A DNA stretch of 64,000 bases from Octopus bimaculoides (GCF_001194135.2 NC_068992.1:63558274-63622273), one strand, 5' to 3'. Shown: positions 36,745-50,166, numbered from the stretch's first letter. Program-made: numbers and translations. Notes: generated by a model not told the origin, from the letters alone.

Positions 36745-37542
36745 NNNNNNNNNNNNNNNNNNNNNNNNNNNNNNNNNNNNNNNNNNNNNNNNNNNNNNNN
36801 NNNNNNNNNNNNNNNNNNNNNNNNNNNNNNNNNNNNNNNNNNNNNNNNNNNNNNNNNNNNNNNNNNNNNNNNNNNNNNNNNNNNNNNNNNNNNNNNNNNN
36901 NNNNNNNNNNNNNNNNNNNNNNNNNNNNNNNNNNNNNNNNNNNNNNNNNNNNNNNNNNNNNNNNNNNNNNNNNNNNNNNNNNNNNNNNNNNNNNNNNNNN
37001 NNNNNNNNNNNNNNNNNNNNNNNNNNNNNNNNNNNNNNNNNNNNNNNNNNNNNNNNNNNNNNNNNNNNNNNNNNNNNNNNNNNNNNNNNNNNNNNNNNNN
37101 NNNNNNNNNNNNNNNNNNNNNNNNNNNNNNNNNNNNNNNNNNNNNNNNNNNNNNNNNNNNNNNNNNNNNNNNNNNNNNNNNNNNNNNNNNNNNNNNNNNN
37201 NNNNNNNNNNNNNNNNNNNNNNNNNNNNNNNNNNNNNNNNNNNNNNNNNNNNNNNNNNNNNNNNNNNNNNNNNNNNNNNNNNNNNNNNNNNNNNNNNNNN
37301 NNNNNNNNNNNNNNNNNNNNNNNNNNNNNNNNNNNNNNNNNNNNNNNNNNNNNNNNNNNNNNNNNNNNNNNCAACTTACGTTGCTTTGAGTTACATCTTT
37401 TTCAAATTTACGTCATTTTTTTGTTGTTTTTTAAGAAATTAATAGAAAAATTAAACCGCGACTTGAGTTGATTTACCCGACTTTATGTCGGTCTCAGGGA
37501 ACATTTTTAAAACATGAAAAAATTTTAAACACTTAAAAAACA

Positions 37543-37921
37543 GTAGTTGTATGCTGTCAAACTTAATGTGACAGTCCTTTGAAGGGAATAATACTACTGT
37601 TGGTTAGTCCTAGGAAGCTGCACCACTTCCTGTCGGCCTTGACACATTTCCTGTGACCTTATGTTTACAAGGTGGAGACAAGCACCTCCACCCAGCTAAG
37701 CCTGCATCCAGAGACATGTTTCTGAGTCTTTTCTCGTCATCAGTTTGGAGTAGCATGACCTCCTAGTCGAAGATGCCTGTCAAGCTCTTGTAAACATATA
37801 ATTCTAGTGAAATACATTCACTGATTTCAAATTTAGAAATAACACATTTCTAAATCTCTAACCAACAGTAGTGTTATTCCCTCCAGGGGACTGTCACAAT
37901 AAGTTGACAGCATACAACTAC
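37543..37921. mobile_element. Element with ~65-bp inverted repeats enclosing a hammerhead motif (PLE-like inverted end)
   Basis: 37543-37607 matches the reverse complement of 37858-37921. Confidence 0.7.
37708..37748 (-). ncRNA. Minimal hammerhead motif with intact core and GUC site
   Basis: CCAAA-CUGAUGA-CGAG-AAAAGA-CUCA-GAAA-CAUGUC-UCUGG; palindromic ACAUGU stem III. Confidence 0.7.
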
Positions 37922-38204
37922 TTCATCGTATCACTACTGCACAAATCTCTCAGAGAGATTTAGAAATGTATTATTTTTAAACTTAAAAAACAATTCTGAC
38001 GTGGGAAATCAAAGAAAATACATATGAAAATATATAACTATTATTTATTAAATCAGATGTATGCTAATTTTTTTAATGCTTTTTCATGTTAAGTTGTTTT
38101 TCGAGTTAGTTGTATGTCTTGGAACCAATTGGCAACGATGATGATGATGATGATGACGACCACGACGACCACGAAGAAGAAGAACAACAACAACAACAGC
38201 AACA

Positions 38205-38373
38205 AAGTGAAGACTTAGAATTCCGTATTTAATTTATCCACCCAGACAGGGGGTAAAAAGGGTACAGTTAGTCCTCAGCAGTATTCGAACTCTCAATGGT
38301 GGGATTGAACGCCTAAAACGAATGCACAAAAATTTATCCTATTTTTCCTCTAAACAGTTCTGCCAATTCGCCA
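38205..38373 (-). mobile_element. SINE family B, degenerate
   Basis: Ends in head aacagttctgccaattcgcc. Confidence 0.65.
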
Positions 38374-38699
38374 ATAATTAAAAAAGAATAAATTAAAAGA
38401 CACAACAACAACAACAACAACAAGAGCAACAACCTCTGCGAGTTATCAAAATATTAATTCTATTACTAAAACTATTTGAATCTGGAATTTATTTTGAATC
38501 ATTAACAAAACCTAATTCAAATAAAATAAATAGTCTGAGATAATTAAACGGCGCATGAAGAAGATGATGGCTGCGGGCTCTTAGACCAATGCTCGCTAAC
38601 AATGACAACCTTTATTATGGTTATCATTTTTGAGCTTTTCTTCTTGTAGCAGTTGTTGCTGTTGCTGTTGCTGTTGTTATTATCATCATTATTTTTATT

Positions 38700-38841
38700 A
38701 TTATCGTCATAAGAAAATATTATCGTGAACATTATTATTATTCTCCTCCTCCTCCTCCTCCTCCTCCTTCTTCTTCTTCTTCTTCTTCTTCTTCTTCCAT
38801 TATCATATTATTATTGTTGTTGTTGTTGTTATTATTATCAA

Positions 38842-38896
<55 letters not shown>

Positions 38897-39780
38897 GTCA
38901 TTGTTGTTGTTGTTGTTGTTGTTGTTATTATTATTATTATATCTGCATCATCAGCAGCACCATCACAACCACCATCAAAAAGCATCCTCGTTACACATAA
39001 CTGATAAACATAAACATGGTGTGCGGTTATCTATGTATGCATATGTGTGTAGACGTGTTTATGTGTCTATTTGCGTATGCATGTATATATGTATATGTTT
39101 TTGCGTGCCCATGAGTGTATGTGTGTGTATTTGCATGTATGTATATGTATGCACGTTTGTGTATTTGTATGTATGTATGTATGTATGTATGTATGTTTGT
39201 GTGTGTATTTGTATGTATATGTGTGTATATTTGTATGCATGTATATGTATGTATGTGTGTGTATTTGTATGTATGTACATAAAAAATCATCGGGTCCAGT
39301 AAAAAGGACGCTAAAAGACAGTATTTCTAAGGAAGATGTATTTCTGCTTTGTATATTATAGTCATTTATTGTTGTTGTTGTTGTTGTTGTTCTTGTTATT
39401 GTTATTGACGACAAGAGCGACAACGACGGCGGCAGCGGTGGCGGCAGCGGTGGCGGCAGCGGTGGCGGCAGCGGTGGCGGCANNNNNNNNNNNNNNNNNN
39501 NNNNNNNNNNNNNNNNNNNNNNNNNNNNNNNNNNNNNNNNNNNNNNNNAGCGGCGGCGACGATGATGACCACTATGATGGTGACGACGACGACGACGATG
39601 ATGACGTCAATGATGATAATGTTGACAATGCCGATGATGATGACGACGACGACGACGATGATGATGATGGTGATGATGATGTTGATGATGAAGATGATGT
39701 TGACGACGACTGCGACAATGATAATGGTGATGATGATGACGACAGTAATGATGATGTTCTTACTGGTGTTTGCTGGAGGT
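38700..39780. repeat. Compound tri-/tetra-/12-mer microsatellite block (TCC, TTC, TTA, TTG, GTAT, GGCGGCAGCGGT, GAC/GAT)
   Basis: Directly visible. Confidence 0.9.
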
Positions 39781-39930
39781 AGTGGTGGGGCAGCGTTAAG
39801 AATAATAGACGTGTCGGGGTTTTGTGGTAGCTTTTTAAACCAAAATGGCGAATCAGAGATATATTACTTATGATAATATTTACGTGTTGGTTATGTTCCT
39901 TGTAGTAAGCCGATTCCAGTTGTACAGTAT

Positions 39931-39979
39931 CCCACCCGCGAGGGATCGATACAAGCTGGGTCGAAACGATCGTTGTGAG
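39931..39979 (+). ncRNA. Degenerate hammerhead-like motif
   Basis: CAC-CCGCGA-GG-GAUC-(11 nt)-GGUC-GAAAC-GAUC-GUU-GUG; core one nt short. Confidence 0.45.
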
Positions 39980-40732
39980 CAATAAGAGTTCCCGTGTATT
40001 TCATTTTCCGTCTCTATCATTTATTATATGCATATAGTAATGGTTCTTTTTTCTATTGTCCATTTGTGTCCTAATGCGTTTATAGGAACATAGCATTCAC
40101 ACATACGCACGCACACACACACACGCACATACATACAGACACACATTTGTTCAAATACGTGTGTGTGTGTGTGTAACGGGAGTAGAGATTTAAAAATTCA
40201 AGCAGAACTCACGGTAAGCTCTCCATACCCTCTAAATCAGAAAGCTAGGTGACTGTATAATCTGATATGAGGGAGATTTTGCTCCAGTTTTTGTAGGACG
40301 GGCAACTTACAAGACACACTTCTATAGATCTGTAGCTGAACTCTCTAAGGCAGTGTGTCATTCTCTTCAACTTTATTGTGGTAATTTCTGTGATAAAGAA
40401 AAAAATTATGTCAAGCCCTATCGAACCTCTTGCCCTTCCATTGGGCAACATCGATAGAGCGGAGAGAAGTTTCATATAGAGACAACTACGGATTTGTCAA
40501 GCCCTGTGCCCAGGATGAAACCAAATAGCGTAGCTTCACCGCGCCAGCACAGTGCAGGAAAACAGCTGCCAACCTGACTATCATTCCCATGTCGGACTTT
40601 TCAGTCACAATTAACACTGACTGATCTACCAACACTGGCTGAATCAAGACTTTCTAAATACAGATTTAACGTAACAGCGTTATTTTTAATATGTTAAAAT
40701 GTGTTTTATAATGTTATGTCGTGTCGTTTCAG

Positions 40733-40799
40733 GAGTCCGTTTGGTTCACTGCTTCTTGGCGAGACATATGTGGATAACCGAAAAATCGAAATTACCATG
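40733..40799 (+). CDS. Candidate internal coding exon (67 nt), gene unidentified
   Basis: AT-rich intron-like flanks, acceptor gtgtcgtttcag, donor ATG|gtttgc, open frame (R)SPFGSLLLGETYVDNRKIEITM, GC content higher than flanks. Confidence 0.45.
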
Positions 40800-41363
40800 G
40801 TTTGCTTGTTCAATATTTTAGTGCTCGATGTTTAGCATTTGCTTTTACAATGTTTAATACGTTAAAGTAGTGTTTTAAAATGAAGGGTTTTTAAAATGCA
40901 TAGATCATAGACAGTTTCACACTACATAAGAATTATATGGCTCTCATACGCACTACCTAATTTCTAGCTAAAGTTATCATTTCTTCATATTCCAAATGTA
41001 TGTTGCAAGGTTAGTGTTGAGTCCTCTGTGTAGACGTCCGAATGTGAAACTATGCTAGTAATATCGAAGTATGAGTTGATTTGTAGTTAATTCGACATAA
41101 TCTGTGCTTTTCTGTTCGGATTACATTCGAATTGGACAAGCAGATAACTGTTGTTTTTTTGTTGATTTTTCTTTCTTTTTTTTTTTTTGTCTACTTTGCT
41201 TTTCGAGGAAGTTACTGTTCAACAGATATAAGTTTAATGCATGGCAATAATAATTAAAACTATTGTAATTTAGGCTCTGGTAATCTAAACTTTTATCTTT
41301 ACTATTATTAATAAACGATGCGCATTAACATAGTACGTTTCCTATGCATATACATTCATACAG

Positions 41364-41398
<35 letters not shown>

Positions 41399-41408
41399 NN
41401 NNNNNNNN

Positions 41409-41443
<35 letters not shown>

Positions 41444-41546
41444 TGATAATTAGGAGCTTGTGATGTTTGTATTAATACATAGACGTGTATATATATACAT
41501 GCACACAGACACACAGATATATATATATTCACATGCACACACACAA

Positions 41547-41601
<55 letters not shown>

Positions 41602-42059
41602 AATATACGTAGGTATGTATTATGTAAGCGCATGTGCAAAACATAGGCACAGTTTCCCTTTAACTGTCGGTCAACCGACAGTTAAGGTTGATTATCCTTA
41701 CCTAAAGTATCACGCAATAAGATCAAACTCAAACACGAACCCGTACTCTCTTGTCTAAGCAAACTTAATTAGCCACACGGAGAAGGGCTACAAATGCGAC
41801 TCATTTGGGAGGAAAAAAATGGCTTCAACCGAAGATTGAAATCACGTCATTATACTTTTGAAAGTCTCTTGTTCTTCTGTGTGACTACTCGAGTGCAATG
41901 TGGCCATGTTTATTGTAATTTTCTGGTCAAACTATTTTCTATTAAAATCTTCAACAAAAACATCACTTGAAGATACATACGTTCTTGATGCGATTGTTAT
42001 TTGGGAATTTCGTTGACAAATTATATACAGACGTCACATTTGTGTGCATTTGTGTCTGC

Positions 42060-42121
<62 letters not shown>

Positions 42122-42509
42122 TGTGTGTGTGTGCGAGTACGGATGTATGTATGTATGAGTGTATATATATATTATATATATATATACACGTTTATGTTTA
42201 CAAATTGAAGGACACTATATATGTGGGTGTATGTAACTATGAACGTTCATATATATATATATATATATGTATATAATGAATGTATGTGTAAGTTGTATAC
42301 ATGTGCACACACAAACACACACAATATAATTAATGTATATATATATATGCATATACAAAGACATACACACACACACACACACACATACACACACACACAC
42401 ACACACATATCCATGTTTATGTATGTGTTGTTATTTCAATTAATTTATCAGAGAAGCACACTAAATCCATCTCATAGCAGAACTACACTATTGATAGAAC
42501 CTTGTGATG

Positions 42510-42519
42510 CGGTTTTGTG

Positions 42520-42571
<52 letters not shown>

Positions 42572-42698
42572 CAGCAGCAGCATTGTTATCATCATCATCA
42601 CCATCATCATAATCATCATCATCATCATCAACGCCACCATCGTCATCGTCGTCGTCGTCGTCATCATCATCATCATCATCATCATCATAATCATAATC

Positions 42699-42746
<48 letters not shown>

Positions 42747-42750
42747 GGAA
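42510..42750. repeat. Compound (TAG)/(CAG)/(ATC)/(GTC)/(TTA) tract
   Basis: Directly visible. Confidence 0.9.
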
Positions 42751-43768
42751 CTATCGGCGCTGTTAATCACACATTTGTTTCAATCTGTTCTTGTCCTTGG
42801 ATTNNNNNNNNNNNNNNNNNNNNNNNNNNNNNNNNNNNNNNNNNNNNNNNNNNNNNNNNNNNNNNNNNNNNNNNNNNNNNNNNNNNNNNNNNNNNNNNNN
42901 NNNNNNNNNNNNNNNNNNNNNNNNNNNNNNNNNNNNNNNNNNNNNNNNNNNNNNNNNNNNNNNNNNNNNNNNNNNNNNNNNNNNNNNNNNNNNNNNNNNN
43001 NNNNNNNNNNNNNNNNNNNNNNNNNNNNNNNNNNNNNNNNNNNNNNNNNNNNNNNNNNNNNNNNNNNNNNNNNNNNNNNNNNNNNNNNNNNNNNNNNNNN
43101 NNNNNNNNNNNNNNNNNNNNNNNNNNNNNNNNNNNNNNNNNNNNNNNNNNNNNNNNNNNNNNNNNNNNNNNNNNNNNNNNNNNNNNNNNNNNNNNNNNNN
43201 NNNNNNNNNNNNNNNNNNNNNNNNNNNNNNNNNNNNNNNNNNNNNNNNNNNNNNNNNNNNNNNNNNNNNNNNNNNNNNNNNNNNNNNNNNNNNNNNNNNN
43301 NNNNNNNNNNNNNNNNNNNNNNNNNNNNNNNNNNNNNNNNNNNNNNNNNNNNNNNNNNNNNNNNNNNNNNNNNNNNNNNNNNNNNNNNNNNNNNNNNNNN
43401 NNNNNNNNNNNNNNNNNNNNNNNNNNNNNNNNNNNNNNNNNNNNNNNNNNNNNNNNNNNNNNNNNNNNNNNNNNNNNNNNNNNNNNNNNNNNNNNNNNNN
43501 NNNNNNNNNNNNNNNNNNNNNNNNNNNNNNNNNNNNNATTTTCTATTTCATTTGAAATTACTCTTATTCGTGGTTTGGGCTTTAGATGCCCTCTCTAGCA
43601 GGTAAGGTGTCTTGTTAAAAAGGTCACCTCTTTTGTGTATAAATACGTAACTGCTAAGATGCAACATCATACATTGTACGCAAACATTGCCTCTAAGCAA
43701 ATATACATACACGTACACACACACTTGCCCATGCGCGCACTCTCTCTCCCTCTCTCTCCCCTCTCTCT

Positions 43769-43804
<36 letters not shown>

Positions 43805-44076
43805 TCTATCTATCTATTTATCTCACGCAAATTCACGCACACACAGATAATAGGATTCAGTTGAACTGGTATGTCTAATTTGCACAACATTGCAATACGC
43901 TATCAGCTCAGATGACTTAATTCGTTGATGGTGCACCCACAGAGAATTATTTCAAACGCAAGGTATAACTTTTCTGAAGAAACCTTATCATCATCATCAT
44001 CATCATCATTATCATCATCATCAACATCATTATCATCATCATCATCATCATCATCATTTGATTGTTTCATACAAGT

Positions 44077-44123
<47 letters not shown>

Positions 44124-44510
44124 TCATTGAGTAACAAAAGTTTGTTGTATGTATCATAAGTTGAAATAACAAAAAACAATCAACTATAATCATATATGTG
44201 TGTTTGTGCGCGTGTCTGTGTGTGCGCGTGTGTGTGTGTATGATTGCGCGCGCATAAAAAGTTCCTACGCGCCTCAAGTGCATTATTACCTTTTATAAAT
44301 GTGTAAATGCATTTTACATGTATTTGATACATAGTTTTCTTTAATATATGTGTGCGTGTACATACGAATGTGCATGCGTGGATGGACGAATAAACATCTA
44401 ACAATATTATATATATATATACATATGTATACACAGATACACTAATATATATATATATATATATACATATGTATATAGAGATACAATAATTTATATATAA
44501 ATGCACTAAT

Positions 44511-44550
<40 letters not shown>

Positions 44551-44738
44551 TGCAATACATACATATATACACGCATATATATGTACATACTTGTATAACT
44601 GTGAGTGTGCATGCGTGGATGCACGTATAAACAACTAACAATATTACGTAAAAACACGTATGTATATAGATATACATTAATATATATATATATATATGCA
44701 CTAATTCATATATATGTATATAAATATATATTCATGTT

Positions 44739-44832
<94 letters not shown>

Positions 44833-46159
44833 ATATATATGTATATACACACATACATGCATTACATTATGCATGGATGCATATTTGATTCATACATACA
44901 TACATACATACATACACACATACACACATACATACATACAAACAAACATACATACATACATACATACAAACAAACATACATACATACATACATACATACA
45001 GGCCTGCTTGCACCAATAAATACAATAGCTATGTCATTTGTTCGAAAAAGCTGACGCAAGAAGAACCAAAGTTGTAAGTACCAGCTCTCTATAATTGTAA
45101 CACTAATGATGGTTTGTGCTATTGTTGTTATTATTATTGTTGATGTTGTTGTTGCTTTTCTGATTTATCATTTCGAGTTATCTTTATTTATCTACTTATT
45201 TAACTGTTTATTTCCCGAGATTTTCCATGCATGTTGCATTATTTTGTGGATGTTTCGTTTAAAGGTGTTTCAGGAAAGAGCCTTAATTGGTGCGTTCCAA
45301 GATACAAAAAGTAAAAAAAACCATAGTGGCAGATATCTACGAGAAGATTGTTATGCATGTTGTCTTATATTCTTCATACAAGTACATATGCTTTTATNNN
45401 NNNNNNNNNNNNNNNNNNNNNNNNNNNNNNNNNNNNNNNNNNNNNNNNNNNNNNNNNNNNNNNNNNNNNNNNNNNNNNNNNNNNNNNNNNNNNNNNNNNN
45501 NNNNNNNNNNNNNNNNNNNNNNNNNNNNNNNNNNNNNNNNNNNNNNNNNNNNNNNNNNNNNNNNNNNNNNNNNNNNNNNNNNNNNNNNNNNNNNNNNNNN
45601 NNNNNNNNNNNNNNNNNNNNNNNNNNNNNNNNNNNNNNNNNNNNNNNNNNNNNNNNNNNNNNNNNNNNNNNNNNNNNNNNNNNNNNNNNNNNNNNNNNNN
45701 NNNNNNNNNNNNNNNNNNNNNNNNNNNNNNATATATATACCTATATATATACATACACATATATATATATATGATAGTGTGAAACACTTAACCATACGCA
45801 AGTCACAATATTTTAAAATACCCCAATGATGCATTTTTTTTACCCAATTCTTAAATGTTATATTAATACACCTCAGCCCAAAATTTACAGTGTGTAGTTA
45901 GAACACACGTTCAACTATAAATCTAATAATTAAAGATGCAATGTAATATTAGCTGTAAGGTTATTAACCTGCTCAAAAGTGCAGAAAAATAAAGCACTCC
46001 ATAACTTTACTCAGTTCGATATTATAGAATTATTGTTGTATTTCGGGATGGCCAATTTATTTATTTATTTTGTCAAATAAACACACGCACTATATATATA
46101 TTTTTTCTTCACTCGTTAATTACTGTTCTTATTTTACTATTTTAACTCATGTTCGTTGT

Positions 46160-46199
46160 CCGGAAATCTTTCGTCACACATCTGTGGCCTCTTCAGCGA
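46160..46199 (-). ncRNA. Minimal hammerhead motif, CUGAAGA core, at a PLE-like 3' end
   Basis: UCG-CUGAAGA-G-GCCACA-GAUG-UGUGAC-GAAA-GAUUUC-CGG. Confidence 0.6.
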
Positions 46200-46961
46200 T
46201 ACTTTTCGGTTTCGTGTGTGTTCTTGCTCCCCTTCGTGTGTGCTCTTGCTCCATTCCCATATTATAGAATATTAACCTTGAATCTAGAATTAGGTAAAAA
46301 CTTTCCCCTTTGCAAGTGAGACTGATCTTTCTCTTCTTTCTTCTTCTTCTTTTTTTTTGTTGTTGTTCCGTGTTGAAATCTACGGAATATTCTTTGGTAA
46401 TATTCTTCGTGTTTTTTCCCCCTATTTAATCCCCGCTGCTTATTCCTCGTTCAAACTGTTTTTCTTTTTCTGTAGGAAGTGACGTTAGGAGTCACCCTTC
46501 ATGTCTTTTCCTTCTGTGCAACGTTGCCGATTCTGAGAGGGAGGGAAAAGAGAGAGAGAAAGAGAATGCGCCTCAGTATTCAAGTAAGTTAGTATTTGAG
46601 CAAACTTACGATGGTAATTAGTCCATCCTTGACTATATCATCACCATTCGTCCAGGAATAGACATAGTCTACGGAGTATGATTTGAGGGATCTTTGGTTG
46701 CTATTCTTAGCAAACCTTGAGACCGCACATAGATTTCCCTACTGGTATTGACTGCGCCACTTATACTTGAATTATATCTTCTTCTTCAGCGTGAGCTTCT
46801 CTTTTTGTCGGAAATGACATTTCTTAAAACGCGCATTGATAGAGCCATCCGCAAAATCAACCTTTTCAGAGACGTCAGAATACATCCCAACCCCCATGAA
46901 AAAAATGTATTAAATGTGTTATCCAATTTAAATTTTTGCAACATTTTGGATTAGTTTTTTG

Positions 46962-46964
<3 letters not shown>

Positions 46965-47047
<83 letters not shown>
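46965..47047. repeat. (TAT)n microsatellite
   Basis: Directly visible. Confidence 0.95.
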
Positions 47048-47048
<1 letters not shown>

Positions 47049-47345
47049 ATGCTTGTTCTTAATTTGAACTTTTACAGCCAATTCCGCAGTATTGAATTAC
47101 AAGGGAAAATTTTGTCATATAAGCTAGTTTCTCGTGTTGAAATTATAAATTATCACCGTGTCTCGAAATCTTTCTCAAAGGAAATTTGATAATGTTTCAA
47201 CATTTTGTGTTTCCTCTCTCTTTTTCGTTCTATCTCTCTCTTTCTCTGTCTGTCTGTCTGTATCTCTCTCTATCTTTCTCTCTCTTTCTTTCTCTCTTTC
47301 TCTCTCACTCTCTTTCGTTATATATATATGCATATAGATATAGAC

Positions 47346-47422
<77 letters not shown>

Positions 47423-47547
47423 TAGATAGAAAGGCTGAAAACAAAAGAAAGAAAGATAGAAAGAAAGAAAGAAATAAAGAAAGAAATGTCTGACCGGTTG
47501 GCGGACAAAGAGACATTGGTATATGCGTATTTATATGTATGTGCATG

Positions 47548-47602
<55 letters not shown>

Positions 47603-48405
47603 GGCTGTCTTTCTGTATTCTATACGCTCAAAGACAGAAACTTATATTCAGCCGCACTTTTTATCGAGTAAACTAATTTGAGATGAAATAACTGTAAAAA
47701 TATTACTTTTATTTATATTTATGAATAAATTAGTCTGCATTGAAATCAATTTAAAAACAAATGACATTGCATATATGCGTGTATATTAATGAATGTGTGT
47801 ATGCTTGTATGTGTATGTGTATCTATGTATGCATGTACGCATGTATGTATGTGTGTGTATTTATGTGTGTGTGAGTATATATATACGCAAAGATCGAACG
47901 GTATTATCTTGGAATTTCCTTCTCTTAGGCAGATGTCAAAGCAAAGGCTAGTTTTCTGTCACTCCCAGCAGTTGGATGGCCGTTTATTCTACTTGGTTCA
48001 TCGGTCCTTTGAACGGTTTGCTTTTTCGCCCCGCAAACTATCCAATAAAAGCTACCTCCCACACGAACCAGGGTTGGCTGGGTAACTAGTTTAGTTGCCG
48101 ATGCTCGACCTTGCTACGAGTTGTACTGGATTACATGTCACAAGTAACACTTAATGTAACTTCACCTGGCGTACATATACACACATACTTTCATGTATAC
48201 ATACTTATATATGACGTTATTCAGTTTTATATATGTATGCATGTATGTATGTACGTATGTATGTGTATGTATGTATGCATGTATGCATGCATGTATGTAT
48301 GTATGTATGTATGTAGGAGAATATACGAAAAAACAACAACAGACGAGGACAGGTGGTGTAAATAACAAAAGGATGTATTAGTATGACGCTCGGGAATACG
48401 GAAAG

Positions 48406-48442
48406 TCCTTGACGTTTCGAGCTACGCTCTTCAACAGAAAGA
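48406..48442 (-). ncRNA. Minimal hammerhead motif, A6U core variant, GUC site
   Basis: UCUUU-CUGUUGA-A-GAGC-GUA-GCUC-GAAA-CGUC-AAGGA; 5-bp stem I with one GU pair. Confidence 0.65.
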
Positions 48443-49077
48443 ATACGGAGACAAGGAGAAAAACACGGAGAAAAAAAATTGAATAGTGTCCAGTCAACGG
48501 TCAATCATAATAATGGCTGATCGTATGGCATTATCCAGCTTTATTTCAAGATTTCTTGCCAATGGAGAAAGAGCCGGTTTCTAACCTAGATCCAAGGTTC
48601 CTTCATTGGAATTCCAGCATCAACAGCAGCAGTTGTTGGCTAGGTACACCATTCCCCAAGTTTGACAGCCACCGTGTTCCCCAGATCTCGTCNNNNNNNN
48701 NNNNNNNNNNNNNNNNNNNNNNNNNNNNNNNNNNNNNNNNNNNNNNNNNNNNNNNNNNNNNNNNNNNNNNNNNNNNNNNNNNNNNNNNNNNNNNNNNNNN
48801 NNNNNNNNNNNNNNNNNNNNNNNNNNNNNNNNNNNNNNNNNNNNNNNNNNNNNNNNNNNNNNNNNNNNNNNNNNNNNNNNNNNNNNNNNNNNNNNNNNNN
48901 NNNNNNNNNNNNNNNNNNNNNNNNNNNNNNNNNNNNNNNNNNNNNNNNNNNNNNNNNNNNNNNNNNNNNNNNNNNNNNNNNNNNNNNNNNNNNNNNNNNN
49001 NNNNNNNNNNNNNNNNNNNNNNNNNNNNNNNNNNNNNNNNNNNNNNNNNNNNNNNNNNNNNNNNNNNNNNNNNNNNN

Positions 49078-49112
<35 letters not shown>

Positions 49113-49301
49113 TATATACATATGTATCTGCAAGTGCGGAAATAAATATAGATATGTGTGTGTGTACACACACACACACACACACATACGCATCTATATA
49201 AGTATGTATGTATGTATACACACACACACATACATACACGTACACGCTGTTATGAATGGAACTTTTTAAACGGATACGAAACGAATATGCAGCATGTGTG
49301 T

Positions 49302-49342
<41 letters not shown>

Positions 49343-50036
49343 TGTGTGTGCGCGTGCGTGTGTGTGTATTCTCTGGAATTCAATTCCATGCTGAACATTC
49401 TAAGAAATTACTTACTCAGTAGAAATCCATTTTTCCAATCTGTTTCTAAAGTTCTTTCGACAACGCCATACATATATACGTCAAGTATCACGTGCGCCAG
49501 TTAAATGCTAATCGCTCTAATTTTTTGGCGGCAGGCGTTTGATTCCTTTCATAATCTAATTCACACTTACAGAAAGGAAATATGTCTTTTACCCGTCATT
49601 TCCGTTACACATCGTTAAAAAAAAAAGCCTCCGTTACACACGGGTGAATATATAAACAGTTGTAAACTCGGTAATTCAACCCTTCGAATCTTTCAGTTGA
49701 GGATCGGTCTAGGGATCGCTATGTAGCTACATATTCGTTGCGTCGTTTCTAAAAACAACATTCTATCAGGAACTAAAGAGCATGGCGAGTGCATGTGTGG
49801 GTGTTTAGCAATAGTAGATGCATTTGTGTGTGCGCGTGCGTGTATGTGTGTGTGTGTTTGGATTTGGGTTTGGGTTTAAATATGGCGGATACATTTGTGT
49901 ACGTGTTTAGATGTGTTGGCTGGGTGTGTAAATTTAAACATGCTGGAGTAGTTGTTTAATCGGTATTAACTTGCGGGCTATATGTATGTGTGTATGCGAG
50001 TATATTTTTGTATATGTATGTATATCAATCTATCTA

Positions 50037-50092
<56 letters not shown>

Positions 50093-50127
50093 AGTGTGTG
50101 TGTGTGTATGTGTGTGTGTGTGTATGT

Positions 50128-50164
<37 letters not shown>

Positions 50165-50166
<2 letters not shown>

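Noticed and set aside
39549-39782. Asp-rich ORF suggestive of a biomineralisation protein
   Set aside because: It is a (GAC/GAT)n microsatellite continuous with other trinucleotide tracts, with no start or splice context.
45270-45380. Possible exon ERALIGAFQDTKSKKNHSGRYLREDCY
   Set aside because: Competing acceptors, no clear donor, an A-run inside and no homology recognised.
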